Positions 49,919 to 61,232 of a stretch of DNA of 64,000 nucleotides are shown here, in pieces. The notes beneath the pieces are model-generated. The model had not been told where the DNA came from. It was given only the letters and a program-made list of their open reading frames with translations, and ran no database searches. The stretch spans positions 18,807-82,806 of the forward strand of contig CAJXSL010000008.1 in the NCBI GenBank assembly GCA_913060875.1, written 5' to 3'. This DNA comes from an uncultured Desulfobacteraceae bacterium. GTDB taxonomy: Bacteria; Desulfobacterota; Desulfobacteria; Desulfobacterales; UBA5852. Each line of letters begins with the position of its first letter. The first letter of the stretch is position 1. The translations under genes and the position numbers were made by a program.

Positions 49919-51067
49919 TCAGTTCCCCCGGTTCAGTAGATCCTGCGGATCCGAGGCCGCCTGCACCAGCGACGACCACAGGACAGCGGCCAAAAAGGGC
50001 GCCAGCAGGATTCCGGTGACTTCCAAAAAGATCGGTGCGGCGTGGCCGGCCTCCAGGTGCAGCAGCGGGGCGTTTTCCTGCCATCCCAGCAGGAGGAAAC
50101 CGATCCACTGTCGGGATGGTCCGTAAACCAGGCCGTAGGCGGCTGTCAGACCGATGGTGATGGCAGGCAGGCCCACCAGCAGAGCTTTGGTCACCTGGAG
50201 GGCGACGATGTCACGGCTGGTCCAGCCAAGGGCTTTGAGCAACCCCACCCGGGCCCGGTCGCCGATCTGCTGGCGGACAATGCCGGCGACCAGGAGCACC
50301 AGGGCCATGATGGCCGGGGCAAACAAGAGCAGGCCCAGTCCGCCGCGCCGACCAAAGGCGGCGGCGTAATGCTTGCGGGCATCCTCCCGGGTGGCGATAT
50401 GCACCGGATAAGGAAATGCCTGGGCCAGTTCCGGCAGCAGGGCCTCGGCCTCGTCGGGATGGAACACCCCAAGGGCCAGATCGCTGGCATCGCCCGGTGC
50501 CAGCCCCAAAAGTCGCCGGGCATCCCAGGGGTGGAGAAGGACGAGATCGTGGGTCATCAAATCGGTTTCTTCCATGAAGCGCTGGACGACACGGACGCTG
50601 ACCGAAGATTCACCTTGCAGGGTCAGGACCCTGGCGTCGTCCGTAAAAGCGATGCCCCGGCCGATGATGGCTTCGCCCTGATCCGGTGGCCGCAATACTT
50701 CCGAAGGGCACCACCGCGCAATGGCGTCCTGATCGGCGGCTGCGATGGTGACGGGGCCCTGGGGGGCGCGCACCGTACCCCATATGCGCGGGCGGGCGTC
50801 CGTTATGCCGGGAATGGTCAGGGCCCGGGCCGTTGCCTGGGCATCAATGGAATGCCAGCCGCCGGCGGTCACCCGGCGGACTACAAGATCCGGGCCTTCT
50901 GCCAACAGATGGGCCGTCGTGGTTGTCAGGGCTTGGGACAGGAGGAGCCCCGTGGTGATCATGGTGGCCAGCAGACCCACGGAAAAGGCCATCAGAAGGT
51001 TGACGCCCGGGCGTGTCAAAAGTTCGCGGGCGGCCCAGAGGATATTGGCGTATCGGCAGGCGGTCAT
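49919..51067 (-). CDS. FtsX/MacB-like ABC permease
   Basis: One N-terminal TM, a periplasmic loop and three C-terminal TMs; GLLKALGW motif. Confidence 0.85.
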   Translation of the reverse strand: MTACRYANILWAARELLTRPGVNLLMAFSVGLLATMITTGLLLSQALTTTTAHLLAEGPDLVVRRVTAGGWHSIDAQATARALTIPGITDARPRIWGTVRAPQGPVTIAAADQDAIARWCPSEVLRPPDQGEAIIGRGIAFTDDARVLTLQGESSVSVRVVQRFMEETDLMTHDLVLLHPWDARRLLGLAPGDASDLALGVFHPDEAEALLPELAQAFPYPVHIATREDARKHYAAAFGRRGGLGLLLFAPAIMALVLLVAGIVRQQIGDRARVGLLKALGWTSRDIVALQVTKALLVGLPAITIGLTAAYGLVYGPSRQWIGFLLLGWQENAPLLHLEAGHAAPIFLEVTGILLAPFLAAVLWSSLVQAASDPQDLLNRGN

Positions 51068-51375
51068 GGTTTGGAAGCCTCATGCGGCATCGCAACGTCT
51101 TGGTCCAGCAGGTGGATCGGCCCCGGATCCCTTTTCGGCAGGGTCGGCAGATAGCTTCCCTGGACGGCCGGAGGTCCTGGAAATGGGTGGCGCGCTTCCC
51201 GTCCGGCCGGTATCAGCGCCGGATAGCCAAGTCCGACAGCACGATAGATTTCGACGGTATTTTTCCTTACCGGCCGCATGCCTTGAAGCATGTCAAAGGC
51301 GGCCACCAGGATCACCAGAATAACGCCTGCTGCGGCAAACCCGAGCAATCCGCCGGCCGGTAACAGCCCGTCCAT
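51064..51375 (-). CDS. Small membrane-anchored hypothetical protein
   Basis: One TM; PALIPAGREARHP; ATGA overlap with the permease; start uncertain. Confidence 0.55.
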   Translation of the reverse strand: MDGLLPAGGLLGFAAAGVILVILVAAFDMLQGMRPVRKNTVEIYRAVGLGYPALIPAGREARHPFPGPPAVQGSYLPTLPKRDPGPIHLLDQDVAMPHEASKP

Positions 51376-51424
51376 GCGTTGATGGCGGGGTTCTTCGGTC
51401 GGCCGGGATGCGGCCGTCAGGCGG

Positions 51425-52012
51425 TCAGTTGCCGATGGCCTTTTTGCCGGTGAAGGTTTCCCAGGTGTCATGATTCAGTTCTTCCAGGCGGAAAATTCGT
51501 TTGGCGCCGTGGCGCTGGCGAAATACTTCCAGATGGGCTTCATCTTTCAACGGAACCAGGGCCGGACCCATTGGCCCGATGACATCCGAGCCGGAAACCC
51601 AGATCACCTCACGGGCATCGAGGGGCTTCCCGTCCAGGTATTCCAGGACGATGGGACGTTTTAATGAGGTGCCTTTTGTGCCAAGGAATATGTCGGGTTG
51701 CAGCCAGGTTTTCAACATGCAGCCCGGTGAACAGAAATAATACGTGCGGCCATCCTGCAGTTCAATGGCGGCGGCAAAACGGGGATAGCGGATGGGCAGC
51801 ATGGCGCAAACCGGGCAACGGTCCCCGTCGCTGATGTGCAGGGCCCCATCGGGGCCGAGGGCCTCCCGGCCCGGCGCAGGGCCTCCGGCCAACGTCGGAC
51901 GGGCGAGGGTGAATACCATACCGATCAGCAGCAACCCGCCAAGCCAGTGGCGCCATGCAGGGCCGGTGGATGCCGATGGTCTTCCGGTGTCGCACAGAGA
52001 GTCGAGACGCAT
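51425..52012 (-). CDS. NosL family (copper chaperone-like) protein
   Basis: Signal peptide; RCPVCAM, YYFCSPGC, GSDVIGPMG. Confidence 0.85.
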   Translation of the reverse strand: MRLDSLCDTGRPSASTGPAWRHWLGGLLLIGMVFTLARPTLAGGPAPGREALGPDGALHISDGDRCPVCAMLPIRYPRFAAAIELQDGRTYYFCSPGCMLKTWLQPDIFLGTKGTSLKRPIVLEYLDGKPLDAREVIWVSGSDVIGPMGPALVPLKDEAHLEVFRQRHGAKRIFRLEELNHDTWETFTGKKAIGN

Positions 52013-52059
52013 AATCCCCCTTCTTTGATCTTGATTTAAATCGTTCAAATCCGAAATCG

Positions 52060-52470
52060 TCTCTTCATTTTCTTTCACGTGAAAAGAAAACGAAGCAATC
52101 ACGCCTTTTATGAAAACGGCGTGACAGGCTTCACACGCCCGTGCCCCGCTTTATCCTGCGCGTCGTCGGTGCGGCCGGAGCACGCGGAAACTCACCCGCT
52201 GTTAGCGGGTTCAGACAGTCCGCGCGCCAAACCGTGGGATGAAGCCAGCATCATGCTGTCAGGCAAGGCGCAAAACAAAGTGAGCAGCGCAGTCCCGCTG
52301 ACGGCGGGATGAGCACGCGAACGCGTTTTGCAACGCCGCCTGGCGGCATGAGGAGCCGCTTCATCGCTCGGTTTTCCGTCCGCCCCGCCAATGCTCGGCG
52401 CGGGACAATGGGAAAACCAAAAACTCCAAAACCGTTTCCAAGACCGCTTACAGAGAGCTTTCTAAAGCCA
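52060..52470. repeat. Dispersed structured repeat, copy 3, containing insertions
   Basis: Shares a 45-nt identical block and a CGTCCGCCCCGCC.ATGCTCGGCGCGGGACAATGGGAAAACCAAAA block with copy 1. Confidence 0.85.
52229..52374. mobile_element. 146-bp MITE-like insert nested in repeat copy 3
   Basis: Absent from copy 1; ends AAACCGTGGGATGAAGC / GCTTCATCGCTCGGTTT (15 of 17 complementary). Confidence 0.65.
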
Positions 52471-52641
52471 GCGTCTTTGCATAATGGGCGGCCGACTCTT
52501 GTTGGTTTAACATTCCAGCCAACAAACCTGGGGGTTTCCTCCGGCAACAGAAGATGTTATCAGTTTGGCCAAACTAAGACGCCCTGTCAATAGACCTAAC
52601 GTTCGGGAGAGTGCTTTCTGGATTTCTGGGATGGTTATGCC

Positions 52642-53316
52642 ATGTTTCTCATGGGGTTTCTGGGCACGGGCCACTGCCTGGGCATGTGCGGGCCGCTGGT
52701 GTTTGCCTTTCCCGGCCAGGTGGGCGGCATGCCGGCCCATGGCGCCTATCATGCCGGCCGAATCCTGACCTATACGATGGTGGGGCTGGTCATGGGCGGC
52801 ATCGGCCGAACCATTCTTCTTATCGCGGATCAGACCAAGGCGGATCCCCTTGGATGGATGGTGGGTATCCAGGCCGGCTTGGCCCTGGTGGCCGGTGTGT
52901 TTATGTTGGGGTTCGGCCTGTCCCGCATCGGTCTGATACCGGAACCGGAATGGCTGGCGGTGGCGGCCCCGGCCCATATTCCCGGGGCGCGAGGCCTCCT
53001 GCGCCGTTCGGATCGTTCCCGACCGCTCCCCCGAATGTTCATCACGGGGCTGGTCATGGGGCTGTTGCCCTGCGGCCTTTCTTTCGGGGCTTTCGCCCGT
53101 GCGCTGGCCACGGCGAATCCCCTGACCGGCGGCGGGTTGACCCTGGTCTTCGGTTTGGGGACCCTGCCGGGACTGCTCTTGCTGGGAACAGGCCTCTCGG
53201 TACTGGCCCGCCGCTACCGGCGGCATTCGGATCTATTGGCCGGGATGGTGATGATTTTACTGGCCGGTCGTTTGTTGGTGGACGGCATCATGGCGTTCTG
53301 GCCGTCTGGTGGCTAA
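52642..53316 (+). CDS. DsbD_2/UreH-like (TauE/SafE-annotated) membrane protein
   Basis: GHCLGMCG, YHAGRILTY, GLLPCG, FGLGTLP. Confidence 0.88.
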   Translation: MFLMGFLGTGHCLGMCGPLVFAFPGQVGGMPAHGAYHAGRILTYTMVGLVMGGIGRTILLIADQTKADPLGWMVGIQAGLALVAGVFMLGFGLSRIGLIPEPEWLAVAAPAHIPGARGLLRRSDRSRPLPRMFITGLVMGLLPCGLSFGAFARALATANPLTGGGLTLVFGLGTLPGLLLLGTGLSVLARRYRRHSDLLAGMVMILLAGRLLVDGIMAFWPSGG

Positions 53317-53341
53317 CGGTTGGTTGATGGAGAAAGCGTTT

Positions 53342-54154
53342 ATGGAATGGAAGACCCCCCAGTGGTTTGGCGCGGCGGATCGCCGTGCCCAGTTGGATGA
53401 CCATATCGATCAGGCCGATATCGCCCATTTCGGTTACCGCCGGATGCCCACCGCCGAAAAGGTCGACTGGGTGCGCCGGCACTTCAACCGTGTGGCCCCC
53501 AAATACGATTTCATGAATACACTGCTCAGTTTTGGCATTCAATATGCCTGGAAGCGGGCGGCCATCCGCATGATGGGACTGTCCCGGGGCGACCGGGTGC
53601 TCGATGTCTGCGGCGGTACGGCTGATTTGTCCATCATGGCCGCCCGGCAAATCGGCGCCGGCGGCCTGTGTGTGGTATATGACATCAACAGGGCCATGCT
53701 GAAAGCGGGGCAGCCCAAGGTCGCCCGGATACCGGGGGGCGAGCGGATTCATTTTACCCTGGGGGATGCCGAGCATATCACCTTCCCGGATCATACCTTC
53801 GATGCCGCCATGGTGGGGTTCGGCATTCGCAATGTCACTCACATGGAGCAGGGCTTCCGGGAGATGCACCGGGTGCTGAAACCCGGGGGAACCTTCATGT
53901 GCCTGGAGTTTTCTCGGCCCGTCAATCCCGTCTTTCGGTGGCTTTACGACGTTTATTCCTTCTACATCATGCCTTTCCTCGGCCACCTGCTCGTGGGCTC
54001 GGCGGAATCCTATTCCTGTCTGCCGGAAACGATTCGCCTGTTTCATTTACCGGACGAAATCTCGGCCATTCTCACCCGTATCGGTTTCCGCCAGGTGACC
54101 TATCGCCGTTTTACCAATGGGATTGCTGTCGCGCATGTCGGACGCAAAGGTTAG
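53342..54154 (+). CDS. ubiE: UbiE/MenG quinone C-methyltransferase
   Basis: HFGY, FNRVAPKYDFMN, LDVCGGTAD, FGIRNV, RVLKPGG, LEFS. Confidence 0.9.
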   Translation: MEWKTPQWFGAADRRAQLDDHIDQADIAHFGYRRMPTAEKVDWVRRHFNRVAPKYDFMNTLLSFGIQYAWKRAAIRMMGLSRGDRVLDVCGGTADLSIMAARQIGAGGLCVVYDINRAMLKAGQPKVARIPGGERIHFTLGDAEHITFPDHTFDAAMVGFGIRNVTHMEQGFREMHRVLKPGGTFMCLEFSRPVNPVFRWLYDVYSFYIMPFLGHLLVGSAESYSCLPETIRLFHLPDEISAILTRIGFRQVTYRRFTNGIAVAHVGRKG

Positions 54155-54174
54155 CTTGAGATGCTGAAGATGGA

Positions 54175-55122
54175 CTACAGCAGCAGGCGGGTGACGACGA
54201 TGGCGAATAGGGCCAAGGGGAAATAGCTGGCCCGGTTGAAGAGTTCCATGGCGTCGCTTTTGCGCCTGGAGTCGTAGAGGACCCAGGCCGGCCACATGAG
54301 CAGGTAGATGCCGGCCGCCAGTGTGACCAGATAGAAAAACGGACCAAAGGCCGTGCCTGAAAAAAGAAACAATACCAGGTTCGCCAGCACGGCCAGCAGC
54401 AGAGAACCCAGGATGATGTCACGCGTTCGCGTGAGCCCCACCACCACCGGAATGGTGCGCGCCCCGAAGCGTTGATCCTCTTCGATATCCGTCCAGTCGT
54501 TGGGGGCGTTCTGACCGCCGATTTCCCAGAAGAAAATCACCAGGAAAAGGAAAAGCAGGAACAGGGGCGAGGGGGCGGGATCCACCGCAAAAACCGCGGC
54601 CATGGCCCCGGCGGATTTGACGGCACCGCTGACCAGCGACCGATAGGGGCTAATCCGCCACAACAGGCAGTAAATGGCTTCCAGAAGGCATCCGGCCCCG
54701 AAGATCAGCAGGCAGACGGGATTGAGCCAATAGGCACCGGCGGCGGCCACGATCCCCCAGCCGGCTGCCCAGGCAAGACCGGCCGGGAAGCTGATCAGCC
54801 CCTGGGCCATGGGGTGGCGCACCAGCAGGGCATCGATATCGCTGGCGTGTGCGGCCCCGGTGAAACCGCCGGCCTCAAGCTTGGCGCGGTCGGACCGGTA
54901 GCCGATGATGTCGTTTAGCGCGTAGACCGCCGTATAACCTGCAAATACGGTGATGAGACCCACCATGATGATCGCCGGGGAGGGAAATTCGCCTAGCCAG
55001 ACCAGTGCGGCCATGCACGGGGTTGTCATGTCGATGATACCGTGGGGCGTGCGCGATAGCGCCCAGAAGAGTTTCAGCTTTTCGCGGTATGAGGCGAGGG
55101 GCGACTGTGATTTGGATGTCAA
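54175..55122 (-). CDS. UbiA family prenyltransferase
   Basis: YALNDIIGYRSD, RHP, NDWTDIEED Asp-rich motifs; multiple TM; start uncertain. Confidence 0.85.
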   Translation of the reverse strand: MTSKSQSPLASYREKLKLFWALSRTPHGIIDMTTPCMAALVWLGEFPSPAIIMVGLITVFAGYTAVYALNDIIGYRSDRAKLEAGGFTGAAHASDIDALLVRHPMAQGLISFPAGLAWAAGWGIVAAAGAYWLNPVCLLIFGAGCLLEAIYCLLWRISPYRSLVSGAVKSAGAMAAVFAVDPAPSPLFLLFLFLVIFFWEIGGQNAPNDWTDIEEDQRFGARTIPVVVGLTRTRDIILGSLLLAVLANLVLFLFSGTAFGPFFYLVTLAAGIYLLMWPAWVLYDSRRKSDAMELFNRASYFPLALFAIVVTRLLL

Positions 55123-55274
55123 CGGTTTGTCCTGTTCGGGTGATTGCGATCGGTTGCGGTTGCAACTGGCATACGGGTGCAAGCCCTTTGTACCGATGCC
55201 GCCCCCACATAGCATGGGTAAGCCCCATGGTCAATCGGTGGTGGCTATCCCGACAATTTCATGAAATGTTCGGG

Positions 55275-55786
55275 CTATGGGAGAAAAAAGGCCAGGTCCT
55301 CCGGCGGGCAGGATCTGGCATAATCCCATATCCAACGGGCATAACGGCCTGTGACATTGATGTGCTGCATGGCCGTGGCAACATCCGGATGGCGACTGTC
55401 CGCGCCCGGGCTCAAGAGGCGGGGCACCAATAGGGCGTTGATGTAAGGGATGGCTTCCCGCCGGCAGAACGCCGCCGCCGGGCCGTCATCCACTAGAATG
55501 AAATCACCGGCCCCCTGGTAATACAGTTCGATGCACTCGCGCTCCCCCGGGCCCAGGCGTTGGAGGTTTGCGGGCCTGTCTGCAAGGGGCACGCCGCAGG
55601 TGTGCAGGGCGATGCGGGCCTGCTGTTGCCAATGGCTGAAAGAAATGGCCCCCGGGTAGTTTGCTACGGTCATTTCCCGGAAAGCCGCCGGGCCGGTCCC
55701 GACCCGGTAGTTTTCCATCAACGGCATCATCCAACCGGCCTTGTAGAGCAGGATGGCGGAAGATGCGTCGATAAGAACGGTTTTTT

Positions 55787-55790
<4 letters not shown>
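55275..55790 (-). CDS. PIN-domain-like (DUF3368-like) protein
   Basis: [22 protein letters not shown] acidic pattern; overlaps the cysK stop. Confidence 0.7.
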
Positions 55791-56719
<929 letters not shown>

Positions 56720-56728
56720 TGTTCCCTC

Positions 56729-57679
56729 CTATTTGTAAACCAGTTTGGGGGTTTCCAGCATGACACGGGTATTGGCCGGCACGGATTCCGTCAACCAGAC
56801 GCTGCCGCCGATGGTGGTGTTGGCGCCGATGACCGTTTCCCCGCCCAGAATCGTGGCGCCCGAATAAATCACCACGTTGTCCTCGATGGTCGGGTGGCGC
56901 TTTTGGTAGCGCAGCTCCGCCACCATTTCCCGCGGCAGGGAAAGGGCCCCCAGGGTCACGCCCTGGTAGATGCGCACGTTGTCGCCGATTTCCGTCGTTT
57001 CACCGATGACGACACCGGTGCCGTGATCGATCACAAAGCGTTTGCCGATCTTGGCCCCGGGGTGAATGTCGATTCCGGTGTGGCTGTGGGCATATTCGGT
57101 CATGATGCGCGGCAGCAGGGGAACATCCATCTGGTGGAGCTGATGGGCCAGGCGATAGACCGTAAGGGCGTACATGCCGGGGTAGCTGAAAATGATTTCA
57201 TCGTGGCTTTTGGCGGCCGGATCGCCGTCAAAGGCGGCCTGGACATCGGCGGTAAGGGTTTTGCGAAGCTCCGGAACGGCCTTCAGGACTTCCAGGGCGA
57301 CTTCATATCCTTTTTCGGTATGCCGGGCGCAGGGCCGGTCGTGCCGGAAGCACTCATGCCGGACGCTCAGGGCAACCTGATGCGAAAGGCTGTCGAAAAA
57401 ATGCGAGACCGCCTGCCCTAGACTATAGCGCAGGTTGGCGGGATCGAGTCTTTCATTGGAAAAGTAGCCGGGGAAAACGATTTCCCGGAACTGGTTGATG
57501 ATTGCCACCACGGATTCCCGGGAGGGTATCGGGTCGAACTCCACGTGGGTGAAGCATTTCACCTCATCGCAGATGTGGATGATGTCTTCGGCGATGGCCG
57601 GTATTTTTTCACGGTAGCTGGAGAGCAATTTCGTTTCCCGGGTGCACAGGGTTTTCCTGTCGAAGGCTTCATCTTTCAT
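56729..57679 (-). CDS. cysE: Serine O-acetyltransferase (long EpsC/CysE type)
   Basis: GDPAA, SYPG, GIDIHPGA, IDHGTG, KRHPT. Confidence 0.93.
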   Translation of the reverse strand: MKDEAFDRKTLCTRETKLLSSYREKIPAIAEDIIHICDEVKCFTHVEFDPIPSRESVVAIINQFREIVFPGYFSNERLDPANLRYSLGQAVSHFFDSLSHQVALSVRHECFRHDRPCARHTEKGYEVALEVLKAVPELRKTLTADVQAAFDGDPAAKSHDEIIFSYPGMYALTVYRLAHQLHQMDVPLLPRIMTEYAHSHTGIDIHPGAKIGKRFVIDHGTGVVIGETTEIGDNVRIYQGVTLGALSLPREMVAELRYQKRHPTIEDNVVIYSGATILGGETVIGANTTIGGSVWLTESVPANTRVMLETPKLVYK

Positions 57680-57753
57680 GGGGTGGTCGTCCTTTTTATG
57701 ACATTAAGGGCAGTATAGGGGCTGGCGGCGGATTGTCAATTCGGCCGTACGGG

Positions 57754-59121
57754 CTAAAGCTCCCGGTGCAAATCGATGCCGTATTTTCTGATCCGTTTCC
57801 AAACCGTGACACGACTGACCCCCAGGCGCCGGGCCGCTTCGGACTGGTTGCCGTTCGCCTTTCGCAGGGCCATCATCAGGGCCTCGCGCTCCGGGGTAGA
57901 GCCGGCATCGACGCGGCGGGCGGCGGTGCCGGGTCCGGCTTCTCCCTGTGTAATGCGGTGAGGCAGATGCTCGGGGCCTATCCAGCCGCCGGGACACAGG
58001 ACAAAGGCATATTCGACGGTGTTGCGCAACTCACGCACATTGCCGGGCCAGGCATAGGCCAGCAGGGCATCCAGGGCGTCGGGCGAAAATCCCTCAATGG
58101 TTTTTCCGCTGCGCTGGTTGTTTTGCCGAATAAAGTTCTGGACCAGGGCTGGGATGTCTTCCATGCGATCCCGCAACCCGGGCATGGTCAGGGGAAAGAC
58201 ATTGATGCGAAAAAAGAGGTCTTCGCGAAAGCGATTCTCGGCCACGCTTTGGTCCAGATCCTTGTTGGTGGCCGATATCACCCGGACATCCACCTGAATT
58301 GGCTTGTGGTCCCCCACCCGTTCGATTTCCTTTTCCTCCAGAACCCGCAGGAGTTTGACCTGGGTGGCCGGGGGAATATCGCCGATCTCGTCCAGGAAAA
58401 TGGTGCCCCCGTGGGCGGCTTCGAACCGCCCGACGCGATCCCGGTCTGCGCCGGTGTAGGCTCCTTTGACATGACCGAAGAGTTCGCTTTCCAACAGATT
58501 TTCGTTGAGGGCGGCACAGTTGACCTTGATAAAAGGTTTGTTTTTGCGGGGGCCCGCTTCGTGTACGGCGCGGGCGGCGAGTTCTTTTCCGGTGCCGCTG
58601 GGCCCGTGGATCAGCACCGGGGCATCGCTCTGGGCGACATTGTCGATGAGTTCAAACAGGCGCTGCATGGGGGGCGCATGGCCGATAATGCCGTGGAATC
58701 CGTCATCAAGGTGGCAGGACTGGCGCAGGGAATTGATTTCCTGCTGCTGGCGGACGACTTCGGAGATGTCGGTGAGGGTTTCGATGGCACCGACCACCCG
58801 GCCGTGATCATCCTTCAGCACCGTGGCATTCTTCATGACGAACAGGGCGCGGCCGCTTTTGTCGGTAATCGTGCATTTCTTGGCACGAATGCGCTTGTTG
58901 ACATAGAGACCGCACCAATCCTTGCCGGCGCCCCGGCCGAAAATCTGGCACCCCGAGCAGTTCAGTATCCGGCAGTTCTGGCCCACCAGTTCCTCGGCCG
59001 AATAACCGGTCAGTTTTTCCGCGGCCGGATTCACGTTCAGGATCGTTCCCCGGGTGTCGACCACGAGCAGGCCGTCGTGCAGGGTGTTGACGATGGTTTC
59101 CCAGAAACTGGCGATATCCAT
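57754..59121 (-). CDS. Sigma54-dependent enhancer-binding protein (PAS-AAA-Fis)
   Basis: Cys-rich PAS; GPSGTGKE; [15 protein letters not shown]; WPGNVREL; Fis HTH. Confidence 0.94.
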   Translation of the reverse strand: MDIASFWETIVNTLHDGLLVVDTRGTILNVNPAAEKLTGYSAEELVGQNCRILNCSGCQIFGRGAGKDWCGLYVNKRIRAKKCTITDKSGRALFVMKNATVLKDDHGRVVGAIETLTDISEVVRQQQEINSLRQSCHLDDGFHGIIGHAPPMQRLFELIDNVAQSDAPVLIHGPSGTGKELAARAVHEAGPRKNKPFIKVNCAALNENLLESELFGHVKGAYTGADRDRVGRFEAAHGGTIFLDEIGDIPPATQVKLLRVLEEKEIERVGDHKPIQVDVRVISATNKDLDQSVAENRFREDLFFRINVFPLTMPGLRDRMEDIPALVQNFIRQNNQRSGKTIEGFSPDALDALLAYAWPGNVRELRNTVEYAFVLCPGGWIGPEHLPHRITQGEAGPGTAARRVDAGSTPEREALMMALRKANGNQSEAARRLGVSRVTVWKRIRKYGIDLHREL

Positions 59122-59210
59122 TACGGTGGCTCCTTTTTTATTTTCGAAAACCGCTTGCCTCCCGGTCCGTGTGATGGGTCGACCATTTGGGGATGGCGGT
59201 TTTGCTAATC

Positions 59211-59243
59211 TGTTAACTTAACAGGTGTTAACATAATCTTAAC
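59211..59243. promoter_or_regulatory. Candidate upstream activator sites
   Basis: TGTTAA-C-TTAACA palindrome, TGTTAACA and a further TTAAC, about 200 nt upstream of the sigma54 promoter. Confidence 0.5.
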
Positions 59244-59427
59244 GAATGGGCTTGGCAAGGGGAGCGCCGAGTCGACCATCGACTCCCGGCGGGGGCTTTA
59301 GCCGGAATTGATATCTATTGTGTGTGGTTAAAATCGGTATTGACATTAGTGGGTTATGCTGTGATACAATTTATACCGGCTTGTGGTTGTCATCACTTAT
59401 GGTCATTTCTTGCGCAAAAGCTATTCC

Positions 59428-59443
59428 TGGCATCATCGTTGCT
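59428..59443 (+). promoter_or_regulatory. Sigma54 (-24/-12) promoter of the octaheme cytochrome operon
   Basis: TGGCATCATCGTTGCT; divergent sigma54 activator gene adjacent. Confidence 0.8.
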
Positions 59444-59565
59444 TTTTATTCCTGAATCACAAATTTGCGGCTTAGATCCCCTGCGGTAATAAATCGTCTT
59501 TACACCGGCAAACGTGGGCGTCTGCCGGTGGGGTTTCGATCATATCAAGCAATAGGAGCGGATGA

Positions 59566-61230
59566 ATGCAACGTATGACATTGATGTTAGCCGGCTGGGT
59601 ATTGTCGACGCTGGTCGTTCTCGGGGCGATCGGGCCTTCGGCAGCGCATGCCCAAATCGAGGCGCGCGATGTAAATCAGGCTCCCGGGCGGACCATGGCC
59701 CAGCAGGCGACCAAAGAGCGACAACTCTGGATCACCGCCGATCATTCGAAACATGAAATCCTGCAGCAGGAATTCAGCTCCGGTCCCGAGGTGACCAAGG
59801 CCTGTTTGTCCTGCCATTCAGAGGCTGCCGCCCAGTTTCACAAGACCATTCACTGGACCTGGATGGATCCTTCCACCGAAGATAACCTGAAGCTGGGTAA
59901 AGGCGGGCTGTCCATCAACAACTTCTGAGTGAACATCCAGAGCAACGAGGCTCGTTGCACATCATGCCATGCCGGCTACGGCTGGAAAGACGCCAAAAAA
60001 TTCGATTTCACCGATCCGACCAGGGTAGATTGCCTCGTCTGTCACGAACAGACCGGCACATACAAGAAATTTCCTGCCGGTGCCGGCAACCCGGTCAAGG
60101 AGACAAAAGTATTCAAAGGCAACAAGAAAACATATCATCCGCCCGAATGGAACAAGGTGGCCCAGAGCGTGGCCCGGCCGGGCCGTAAAAACTGTGGATC
60201 CTGCCACTTTTTCGGTGGTGGCGGCGACGGTGTCAAACACGGCGATCTGGATTCGTCCCTCATGAAGCCCAGCAAGACACTGGACGTTCACATGGGTGTG
60301 GACGGTCAGAACTTCGACTGTGTCCGCTGTCATTCCACCACGCTGCACCACATCGCCGGCCGGGTCTACACGACACCGGCATCCAAACACCGCAAAAGCC
60401 TGATCGAGGACGATCTGGCATCCAAGATCACCTGTGAATCCTGTCACAGCAGCACACCCCACAAATCCCACAACAAGGCCAACGACCATACCGACAAGGT
60501 GGCCTGCCAGAGCTGCCACATCCCCGAATATGCGCGGGTGCAACCGACCAAGATGTGGTGGGACTGGTCCACGGCCGGTAAAAAGAAAAACGGCAAGCCT
60601 TATCAGGAAAAAGGTGAACTGGGAAAGCCGGTCTATGATACCAAAAAGGGCGATTTCGTGTGGGAAAAGAACGTTAAACCCGAGTACTTCTGGTTCAACG
60701 GATCCCTGCAGCAGCTGACCGTCAAAGATACCATCGACCCGAGCAAACCGGTGCGGATCAACTGGCCGGTGGGCAGCCGGGAGGATGAACACTCGCGGAT
60801 TTTTCCGTTCAAAGTCCATCGCGGCAAACAGCCCTACGACAAAGTCAACAAGACCCTGACAATCCTGCATCTTTTTCCGAAAGGCAAAGACGACAAGGAC
60901 GCCTACTGGAAGGGGTATGACTGGAATAAAGCCATCGCCTACGGTCAGGACTATGCCGGTCTGCCCTATTCCGGTGAATACGACTTTGTGGAAACCAGCT
61001 ATGTGTATCCCACCACCCACATGGTGGCGCCCAAAGACAATGTGGTGGCCTGCATCGAGTGCCACAGTGCGGATGGACGTCTGGCATCGCTGGCGGGATT
61101 TTACATGCCGGGCCGGGACGATTTTAAAGCCATCAATGTCTTCGGGTGGATTCTGGTTCTGGGCACATTGGTGGGCGTTACCTTTCACGGCCTGGGACGC
61201 GCCATTTCAAGAGGTCGTAAGGAGGACTGA
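59566..61230 (+). CDS. Tetrathionate-reductase-family octaheme c-type cytochrome, probable selenoprotein (TGA 59926-59928 = Sec)
   Basis: ORFs 59566-59928 and 59929-61230 are in frame; signal peptide and 1 CxxCH lie before the TGA, 7 CxxCH after it; context INNF*VNIQSNEARCTSCH. Confidence 0.88.
59929..59965 (+). other. Putative bacterial SECIS element
   Basis: GCAACGA-GGC-TCGTTGC hairpin (59942-59958); G-led apical loop about 20 nt after the UGA. Confidence 0.7.
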
Positions 61231-61232
61231 AC

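Noticed and set aside
59340-59370. Sigma70 promoter TTGACA..TACAAT upstream of the octaheme gene
   Set aside because: The 19-nt spacer is suboptimal, and a better sigma54 site lies downstream
59929-61230. Independent heptaheme cytochrome starting at GTG 59929
   Set aside because: No SD or signal peptide; it is in frame with the upstream ORF, and read-through restores the octaheme architecture
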